Virus record (IMG/VR): IMGVR_UViG_3300038371_000007
Coordinates: 1-52,315 of that record
DNA length: 52,315 nt
Direction: 5' to 3' (one strand)
Origin: a virus
Taxonomy: Duplodnaviria; Caudoviricetes
Shown here piece by piece: positions 46,301-52,315 of this stretch. The translations under genes were made by a program, and so were the position numbers. The notes beneath the pieces are model-generated. The model was given only the letters and a program-made list of their open reading frames with translations. It made no database searches and had not been told where the DNA came from. The stretch's first letter is position 1, and every line of letters starts with the position of its first letter.

Positions 46301-47638
46301 GTTAACATTGCTGATGAGCGTACCGCCTGTGAAGGTACGGAATGCACGGAAGCTAGGTTGCCCCGGAACTACAATGCCACTGACTTGCGTCTGAAGGTTC
46401 TGAATTGCCTCTTGTACATCATCCCCAAGGGAAGAGAACCTCCCATCGCTGTTGTCGAAGGAGACGTCTGCTGCTGCAACATCCTCAGAAAGACTAATGG
46501 TCCCTGCTGCGTCGTCGTAGTTAACAGTAATTCCGCTGTGTGTACCACTAGTGAGCATGTCAGCGACAATATCTTGGATCGCCTCGTTAGTCAACAAGTC
46601 CGCCTCTGTCAGAACCCGCTCATCAACGATAGTCCAAAAACGAGTACCAAAGTAAGGAACATTCTGCCCCACGACGGTGAATCCAAGAGGGTCTGCATCT
46701 ACGTCTGTCTGAGTCGTGACCGAGCCAAGGATTGTGAAAGGTGTTGCATCTGGTGACAGAAGCCGGACATAAAGCTCTTGCCCTGTGTCCTGAAACGCTG
46801 GCTCTAGAGATGTGTCTAGAACAAAGTCAGATGTTCCGGAGCTTCCAGTCAGATCAAACACATTACCGTCTGCAATCTGTGCTGGCGTATGACTGCGGTA
46901 GATCACGCGAGCGTTAGCGTCTGCTCCTCCGTGGATCTGGATGTAGAACTTACCGCTTGTCCCACGAGTCACCCAGTTGTCGATAATTGCTTTAGTGATA
47001 TTGGTGAAGTTAAAGGCAAGTTCTGTGGTGGTGTGCGTGGTGTCAGTGCGGCCTTGGAAAACAACAGGGCCTTGACGTGCTGTCGCAAGCTCAATAGAGA
47101 ACGTACCTGTGCCTGCTGACGTAAGGGGCCTACTACCAATCAGAGCATAGACCTGATTGAACATGTCATAGGCGATGAACCTCCCTTGAGATGCAGAGAT
47201 CCGTAGGTTAAGGAAGTTTAGAGAGTTGTCTGGAATACCTAGAGACTTAGCACTCTCAATAAGAGTTGCTACTTCCCTCAGAGAGGAAGGGACAAGGGCC
47301 CCTCCTTGCACCATAGGGATTGTGCCATCAGGGGCATTAGGAATGTTAGCCATTCCGTCTCTGCCTGCAACACCACGGGAGGAGCTATTGTCCAGCCACT
47401 CTGTGCCCGCGTTGTTACGAACCTGATAGATGGCTACCCCGTCCCCGTTGTCGGTGTATTCGAGGATGATGTTGAGGGCTGTGTCTTGATTATACTGTGT
47501 AAGGTTTGCTGGGTTATTCGTGAAGTAGGTGTCTCGGGCAGACTCAGCCGCTGCACGAGTGGCCCCGGTGAATACATTTTGTGCAGGCCCTAGGGAGAAT
47601 CCACCCCCGCCCCCACGCCCTCTCGTCAAAGAAGCCAT
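43373..47638 (-). CDS. Large fibre/spike-like virion protein (1421 aa)
   Basis: Fibre motifs EAIQDIV..ML..GTHSGITV.YDD and DVQEAIQNL, coiled-coil segments, C-terminal NLPTSATGLTSGDVWNNGGTL. Confidence 0.7.
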   Translation of the reverse strand: MASLTRGRGGGGGFSLGPAQNVFTGATRAAAESARDTYFTNNPANLTQYNQDTALNIILEYTDNGDGVAIYQVRNNAGTEWLDNSSSRGVAGRDGMANIPNAPDGTIPMVQGGALVPSSLREVATLIESAKSLGIPDNSLNFLNLRISASQGRFIAYDMFNQVYALIGSRPLTSAGTGTFSIELATARQGPVVFQGRTDTTHTTTELAFNFTNITKAIIDNWVTRGTSGKFYIQIHGGADANARVIYRSHTPAQIADGNVFDLTGSSGTSDFVLDTSLEPAFQDTGQELYVRLLSPDATPFTILGSVTTQTDVDADPLGFTVVGQNVPYFGTRFWTIVDERVLTEADLLTNEAIQDIVADMLTSGTHSGITVNYDDAAGTISLSEDVAAADVSFDNSDGRFSSLGDDVQEAIQNLQTQVSGIVVPGQPSFRAFRTFTGGTLISNVNFRIEEITLDGTNFAEWNDVNSIYAAGRVNKRVDILLPTDAEIATSGESYPVAIEVTHLGGTDRTPADGRPNVVNFIIKSGDTGTQINTVALGLRANTGISQGDVIVLTKDAAGQNWQESRATRDPASTLLPNGVFTFHERLRVSNINAISTELAGVVIEAGEAFIVDTGGTYFGTEIRGGDVIVSKVNNPDLTTTSDDWLIIPETNNFGLTMEQIAFFDEVTRDGTRFDTSRNVFVNEANVISFNSMSSGLPAGPFPYFTSDGVSPGTARSVTFTNQNLQFADLRGGTLSLMASFSANQQSGFLPDLTDIVFDYGGGNTFTFPLTGVDPQSGIASVDITIPNQDYSAFLNTNCNITLNYQFRGATFIGSFTIMGLFNTLDGTLRQAVTDIAVNQAAMAEQRVNTRIDGLANEIDDDGAALQSIQPRLSPYKTVQTNTPEGAALFLDSTGSDNFPSDLSTMQAVSADNPRFTGGNTSLFVAVPGGSIAYTLRNITTSSDTALADADPAVTLGESRTFNGVSYFVYRVTGLTSGHVYEVERVENSRVVAWPDDIRNLQDDVERIDAELAHAALNLPDEVVDVLDNNTSVTEESTPNVSPTAYNRGLAGSTNTSQTVFYEPNENAGSGGSKVSRPLSELSGNQSQRKLLYIPPEAAFVNQASYVTAFDGSTGRDLISYVDGTFFANVFVPAKSAGTSTETVYPAPSSRVSGAGIWQTIPSLTFQNGVPVPESDELFFTRNIPTSSTTITINYRGHANGNIFGANSVTLSGVGGTNEVFTTFTLSDGSETLTVEVRWYPSTRSIRVSENARVNAGLPTINDVQVILSYTETRAIPATPATTRRVALENVHDGWQVFAFRPAASGNLAIVGDTAEIDTGYSYTTLFGSGLSGTINVGEQEARFLNFEDFTPIHTTVSDLENHATLPQFGLFSTTYTTETLFNLSVTFRPSGLNVGNLPTSATGLTSGDVWNNGGTLTIVP

Positions 47639-47647
47639 TTAGATTCC

Positions 47648-47902
47648 TCACTCGGTGATTGTTACGTAAATTTCTCTGCTTTCCGACCCGTTAACATAGA
47701 AGGATTCTCCGTCTTCGAGGAACACTTCTCTGTCTTCTCCCGAGTCAGCCATATGACCAGCAAAGCTGGCACCGGGTATGCTGGTAGCAATAGCCCAGTT
47801 AACGCTGTTAACACGAGGAGTAAAGATGATTGAGGTGTCATTTGTAGTGGCAGTGTGTACGAGTTGCCAGTCGCCTACAAGCGAAATTCTTTGTGTTGCC
47901 AT
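47648..47902 (-). CDS. Small hypothetical virion-region protein
   Basis: AAGGGA RBS; operon packing. Confidence 0.7.
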   Translation of the reverse strand: MATQRISLVGDWQLVHTATTNDTSIIFTPRVNSVNWAIATSIPGASFAGHMADSGEDREVFLEDGESFYVNGSESREIYVTITE

Positions 47903-47919
47903 GTCAATGATCCCTTGGT

Positions 47920-47953
47920 AGAAAGGGGGCCGCGCTTGCGGCCCCCTCTTTTT
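47920..47953 (-). terminator. Terminator/attenuator after the capsid-decoration genes
   Basis: 10-bp stem AGGGGGCCGC/GCGGCCCCCT with T tracts in both orientations. Confidence 0.85.
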
Positions 47954-48444
47954 TATGCCAGTTGGTCGCGGTCAGCGGCATCTGCTTGAATCGGACCACC
48001 AATCTCAGTGGCGTCCAGCAGACGAGCAAAGACCCGTACACGGCCAGCAGTGGCAACGGTGGTGGCAGCCTGTACGCGGACACTGATGGTGCCCTCAGAT
48101 GCGAACAGGGTGGGTGTGCCAGTGTTAGCCAGAGTGGCGTATGCGTCCGCAGAGGCGGTGTCAATGTTGAAGCCGTCAACGAAGGCATCGGTGTCACCAC
48201 CGTCTACACCAAGGTCGAGGACAGTGCCAGTACCGCCGGAGGCAGAGCCTTCCAGTTGCATACCAGCAAACATAACCACGACACCCGCAGGGATGGTCAG
48301 TGCATGGATGGAGTCAGTGGCTACCAGAGCAGAACCCTTAGCGGTTGCTGCATCTGCCAGATCAATGACGGTTTCCAGAAAGTATTCACGACGCTGGGGA
48401 TTACCCTGACCGCCGGATACAACGAGGGAGCTAATAGTAGCCAT
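47953..48444 (-). CDS. Capsid decoration / minor capsid protein
   Basis: Directly after the major capsid gene; AGGAG RBS; LDLG...D.FVDG motif. Confidence 0.7.
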   Translation of the reverse strand: MATISSLVVSGGQGNPQRREYFLETVIDLADAATAKGSALVATDSIHALTIPAGVVVMFAGMQLEGSASGGTGTVLDLGVDGGDTDAFVDGFNIDTASADAYATLANTGTPTLFASEGTISVRVQAATTVATAGRVRVFARLLDATEIGGPIQADAADRDQLA

Positions 48445-48473
48445 TCAATTATTCTCCTATAGGAATTAGTGGT

Positions 48474-48498
48474 ATGAGGGGGCCGTAGCCCCCGTCAT
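48474..48498 (-). promoter_or_regulatory. Stable cUACGg hairpin between the capsid and decoration genes
   Basis: ATGACGGGGGC-TACG-GCCCCCTCAT on the - strand; no U tract. Confidence 0.6.
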
Positions 48499-48504
48499 TA
48501 GTTA

Positions 48505-50506
48505 CTACGCAAGGTTGTACTTAGCGGTGACGATGGCTTCCGGACGCAGGATCTTACGACCGTACAGGTGCATACCACGTACGATGTCTGCGAAGGATTC
48601 AGGGTCACGGTAAGTCTCAGTCTGGTTGATCTGCTCAGCAGTTGCAACAGCAGAGTCATGGCCAGCTACCAGTACACCGAAGTTCTCGTTCTGGTTGGCA
48701 GTGCCAGTGGTGCCCGGACCAGTACCTACGACAGGAAGGTTGTTGGATACGTAGACCCGGAAACCGTTCCAGTTGTTCAGCATCAGACCGTTGCGCAGTG
48801 CGCCAGCCTCACCGTAATCTGCATCGAGGAAGCGAGAGTCTTCATCGCACAGGACTTCCCACAGAACCGGATCAACAACGAGCCAGCGGCCCATCTTGTC
48901 CACGAACTGTTGGTCAAGCAGACGACCCATACGGGTAATCACTTGGTGCGGGGAGACGTATGCAGTCGGCAGGGAGGTAGCACCCGGCAGACGAGGACCA
49001 ATCGGAATGGAGTGATCGCCAGCAGATGCAGTGGTGATCGAACCGAAGGAGTCCTTACGCAGCTTCATGGTGGGAAGCAGTTCGTCGCTGTCTGCGGTCG
49101 GGATGGCCCGTGTACCATTGACGGTGGTGTTAACCTCATCTGCGTTCACGTGCAGGCGAGACTGTGCATAACCGGACAGGTAGCCCAGAACCTCTTGGTC
49201 GTGCTGGTCAGCCAGTCGGTAGGCAGCACGGTTGGTTGCGAGGTCCATGAAGTTGACGTGCGAGTGCGCCTCTTCAATGTCGTCGATCTTGAAGGCGAAG
49301 TAGTTCGACTTATCAACGACCAGAGAGAAGTCCTCGTCGTCCAGATCTTGAGCAGTGATTTGAGTACCACGCTCGTACGGACGTACGGAGATTTCCGGTT
49401 CTTTGATGATTCGTACGGTGTCACCCTGTGCAGAGATCTCACCGAAATCAGTAATGTTATCGTAGAGATGTTTATTCTTCTACTTCTTTAGGTTTCCCTA
49501 AAGCTCGGACTATATCATCATCCACTCGAAAGTTAGGATGCTTCGCACTCTTGCGAAATACAAACTTCATAGCAGGGAGTATCTTATACGACATGCTTGG
49601 TATAATGTACTCTTGAACAGTGTTAACGAGGGAGAGGGTGGCTTGTGTAGCACCCCCCACGTCATACTTACCCTTAGACTTAAAACTCTTGGCATCAATA
49701 CCAAAAGAACCTTTAAGCCACTCCACAAGAATATTAGCTTCTTCCTCGCTACACTGGGTGCAGATACGGAAGCTGAGGGATGTAACCTCTCCTTGCTTAT
49801 TCTTGTTGGCCATAATACTTCCGTCGTCCATGTACCACAACGCTAAGCTGTGTGCATCCATGAAAGACAAAGCCTTCCGAGAAATCACTTTCTTCTTGTC
49901 CACTGGGTACAGAACCTTATGCATCTGCCGGAAGTACTTCCCGGACTTGCAAATCCTATAACCGTTGTAGGTCTTGCCAGTGGCCTTGAGTGTGTGCTTT
50001 GTGTTAGACACCTTAGGCTCTTTGCCCCCCAGTACACTTTTAAGCAATGCTGCTTTATGCTTAATGTAGTCGTACTGCTTTAGGCCATGCCCTATGATAA
50101 TCTCAGAAGATGTGTATGGGTACTTGCCATCCTTAAGTCTTTGCCTACAGGAGATGTGACCATCTCCGATAACGAGGCCGTATAGGATAGCTCTATTCTT
50201 ATTGTTCATCTATTCACCCTTTGCTAAAGCTGGGATCTGTGTTTGTACTTCGTAGTCTCTGAACCTTCCCCTCTCGGGGCTTGGCTGCTGATTAGCCTAT
50301 CCTCATCAAGACGTAGCCTTCCAGCAATTCACGAAGTTTTCGACACGCATTACTACGTGAAGGACCATTTATGTTTAGTCAGAGTTGGTAATGTCACCAA
50401 CAACTGTTGTTTTGCGGAAAGCCAGTTGAACCTTCTTGGAATAGATTACAGAGCTGAAATTACCCTGAGGAAGGTTGCCGTGGCCCGGTGCAGCTTGAAA
50501 TGCCAT
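48505..50506 (-). CDS. Major capsid protein, spliced: exon 1 50506-50377, exon 2 49448-48505 (357 aa)
   Basis: Joining the exons gives MAFQAAPGHGNLPQGNFSSVIYSKKVQLAFRKTTVVGDITNSD-Y-FGEISAQGDTVRIIKEPEI...DIVRGMHLYGRKILRPE; 130+944 nt = 358 codons; AAAGGA RBS. Confidence 0.92.
49449..50376 (-). mobile_element. Group I self-splicing intron (928 nt) in the major capsid gene
   Basis: Exon ends in U and intron ends in G; P1 GACU/GGUC with U-G pair; P AATTGCTGGAA (50329-50319), Q AATCAGCAGCCAA (50293-50281), R GTTCAGAGACTAC (50264-50252), S GATATAGTCC (~49516-49507). Confidence 0.93.
49472..50209 (-). CDS. Intron-encoded LAGLIDADG homing endonuclease
   Basis: ILYGLVIGDGHI and LALWYMDDGS motifs; C-terminal IIPSMSYKI. 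Confidence 0.92.
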   Translation of the reverse strand: MNNKNRAILYGLVIGDGHISCRQRLKDGKYPYTSSEIIIGHGLKQYDYIKHKAALLKSVLGGKEPKVSNTKHTLKATGKTYNGYRICKSGKYFRQMHKVLYPVDKKKVISRKALSFMDAHSLALWYMDDGSIMANKNKQGEVTSLSFRICTQCSEEEANILVEWLKGSFGIDAKSFKSKGKYDVGGATQATLSLVNTVQEYIIPSMSYKILPAMKFVFRKSAKHPNFRVDDDIVRALGKPKEVEE

Positions 50507-50538
50507 GTGTTTAATCCTTTATATTAGCATTTGTTTGT

Positions 50539-50684
50539 TACACAAAGTCCACGTCACGATAAGGCTGTCTGCTGCGGGTAGTCCATAAAGGGGCCGCTAC
50601 GTTCAGGTGGTTATCAGTCATGTTCTTGTGTATGTATAGAAGGCAAGGAAGAGAGGAGGGGTGGTCCATGTAGGGGCCCTCCTC
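50539..50684 (-). promoter_or_regulatory. Structured capsid mRNA leader with three CYAC/CC internal-loop motifs
   Basis: Stems at 50653-50684, 50574-50597 and 50558-50615, each with the same asymmetric loop. Confidence 0.65.
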
Positions 50685-50709
50685 CTTTTTGCGTTCTTAA
50701 TACGTCCAG

Positions 50710-51597
50710 TTAGCGTGCGCCACCGGACAGGTCATAATCAAATCGTCCTTCACGGATAGCTTCGTCAATCGCTTGCGCATTGCGTTCAAACCAACTATCT
50801 GAATTACGTTTGATCTGAGACTCAGAGTAGCGAGGCTTCTCATCTGTCTCGACTTTTGCGGGGGCCTTACTCTCAACAGCCTTGGCTGCTTCTTTCTGCT
50901 TAGCCTTCTTGGCATCGACAGTAAGACCATTTGCCATCTTGTACAAGTCAATGACACTAATCACTGCCTTGGGGTCGTCTGCATTCTCATACAGGGCATC
51001 TTGTACCCAACGAGACTGCTTCTCTACCCAGTCATGGAAGTCATCAGCATCACGCAGCTTGTCAAAATCTGGGTGTGCTTCGCGGATTTTGTTCTCCGCT
51101 TTCTTGCGACTGAACTCTGCTCGCTCTTCCTCAAGCTTATCAAAGCGAGAGTTGAGAGACTGTGCCTCTCGTTTAGCGATGGAAGTAACAATGGAACCCA
51201 CTTCGGGGTATTGCTTCAGCCATTCATCAATGTCCTCGTCAGACTTAGGAGCAACGATGGAAGGCTTAGTGTCCTCTAGCTCTTTGATCCGTTTCTTGAG
51301 GTCATCGGTGTGCTTTCGTAGATCTCCGTATCGCTTCTTGAAAGTTCGTTCTTCAGCAGAAGTCGGCTCAGGTTCCTGTGGTTCAGGCGTTCCTGCTTCT
51401 TCCTTCTCCGGCTCGGGGACGACTTGCTCTTCAGCGGGAGTCTCTTCTTCTTCATTGGCCTCGGGCTCCTCTCCTTTCATGAGTGCAGCGAGAGCGGCTT
51501 CTTCAGCCTCAATCTTTTTCTTTCGCTTTGCACGTGCGGAGGAAGGGTTAACGAAACCAGCAACCTTTGCGGGTTCTACAGCAGTTAGTTCAGGCAT
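50710..51597 (-). CDS. Capsid scaffolding protein
   Basis: Acidic coiled coil directly upstream of the major capsid gene; EERTFKKRYGDLRKH, HPDF, WVQDALYEN, YDLSGGAR. Confidence 0.85.
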   Translation of the reverse strand: MPELTAVEPAKVAGFVNPSSARAKRKKKIEAEEAALAALMKGEEPEANEEEETPAEEQVVPEPEKEEAGTPEPQEPEPTSAEERTFKKRYGDLRKHTDDLKKRIKELEDTKPSIVAPKSDEDIDEWLKQYPEVGSIVTSIAKREAQSLNSRFDKLEEERAEFSRKKAENKIREAHPDFDKLRDADDFHDWVEKQSRWVQDALYENADDPKAVISVIDLYKMANGLTVDAKKAKQKEAAKAVESKAPAKVETDEKPRYSESQIKRNSDSWFERNAQAIDEAIREGRFDYDLSGGAR

Positions 51598-51610
51598 TTA
51601 TAAATCTCCT

Positions 51611-51636
51611 TGGGGCCGCTTACTTGCGGGTAGCCA
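51611..51636 (-). promoter_or_regulatory. Hairpin with CYAC/CC internal loop abutting the scaffold RBS
   Basis: TGG-CTAC-CCGC-AAGTAA-GCGG-CC-CCA followed directly by AGGAG. Confidence 0.65.
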
Positions 51637-52315
51637 ATCCCCGTTTACCACGGGTTTTCTTTTTTGGGCGCTTTGGTTTCTTACCAACCAGACCGCCTTT
51701 GTTATACAAACCGCCAACGGCAGCTGTCTCTGATCGAGTGGCACCGAATGAATCTTCGTCATCTCGGTCATCCCCTCGTCTAGGTTCGGTGGACCCAAGG
51801 TCAACGAAGTCGTCCCCGGAACCCTCGAATGTATCACCAGCCCTAGCACCCGGCGTTTCAGACAACCCACTAATTGCACTCAGCGGATCTCCTACTCTGC
51901 CACGTCTAGTCCTATCGGCAATCTTGCCAAGCAAGCCCTTAGGCTTACGTTCCTTACCGAGGATGTCATCAATCCTGTCGGTGGGAATACCTTGTTCCTC
52001 AAGCTCCTTACGTTGCTCTCGTTGTGCCAACCCTTTAAGGGCACGAGCACCAAGAGGTCCAGCGAAGGCACCACCCACGAGACCTGCAAGAGCTTGCCCT
52101 GCCTTGGTCTCAGCGTTGATCTGATCATCAGTCATAGAGGTGTAGTCGGCAGCTTCTGCCAGCTCTGGATCGTAGTCTCTGTCCTCGCCAGTGCGTGGCT
52201 CTTCAACCTGTTCCAGTTCCTTCTCAACCTCTTCCTCAACCTGTTGTTCAAACGAGTGGCGATTCTGAGGAGTGTCGGGCAGGTAGCCCTGAGGGATCTG
52301 TTGGATGGGAACACC
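51620..52315 (-). CDS. Hypothetical virion-region protein, 5' end outside the window
   Basis: The frame stays open from 52315 through ATG 52135; ends YNKGGLV...RGLATRK. Confidence 0.75.
   Translation of the reverse strand, partial: GVPIQQIPQGYLPDTPQNRHSFEQQVEEEVEKELEQVEEPRTGEDRDYDPELAEAADYTSMTDDQINAETKAGQALAGLVGGAFAGPLGARALKGLAQREQRKELEEQGIPTDRIDDILGKERKPKGLLGKIADRTRRGRVGDPLSAISGLSETPGARAGDTFEGSGDDFVDLGSTEPRRGDDRDDEDSFGATRSETAAVGGLYNKGGLVGKKPKRPKKKTRGKRGLATRK

Noticed and set aside
48505-49248. 247-aa ORF as a complete or pseudogenised capsid gene
   Set aside because: The frame continues upstream to 49448 and joins exon 1 through the group I intron.

Overview
This window looks like the left ~52 kb of a lytic podovirus genome with Zobellviridae-like architecture (inferred from gene content and layout). 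A rightward early/replication arm (1.8-30.66 kb) meets a leftward morphogenesis arm (30.7 kb to past the window end) at a GC-rich terminator. No RNA polymerase, integrase, terminase or portal gene is in the window. The + arm has a ~1.8 kb leader without convincing ORFs, with several sigma70-type promoters and dense RNA structure. It then carries tRNA-Arg(UCU), a pyrimidine-dimer-glycosylase-like gene and a gamma-glutamyl/peptide-ligase cluster (class I and II glutamine amidotransferases, gamma-glutamylcyclotransferase, two COOH-NH2 ligases, ATP-grasp ligase). Next come primase-helicase, a sigma-like factor, family A DNA polymerase, SSB, nucleases, MazG/DUF5664 pyrophosphatases and a class II ribonucleotide reductase. 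The - arm encodes scaffold, major capsid, decoration, fibre, tail and internal virion proteins. Five observations stand out: (1) the major capsid gene is split by a 928-nt group I intron carrying a LAGLIDADG endonuclease, with both splice sites readable; (2) a whole HNH-AP2 endonuclease sits in frame inside the 5'-3' exonuclease with no intein or intron; (3) a candidate ~600-nt structured ncRNA lies in the early leader; (4) a CYAC/CC RNA internal-loop motif recurs four times in the scaffold and capsid leaders; (5) a small protein resembles release-factor domain 3 but lacks GGQ. All calls come from reading motifs by eye; no database searches were run.
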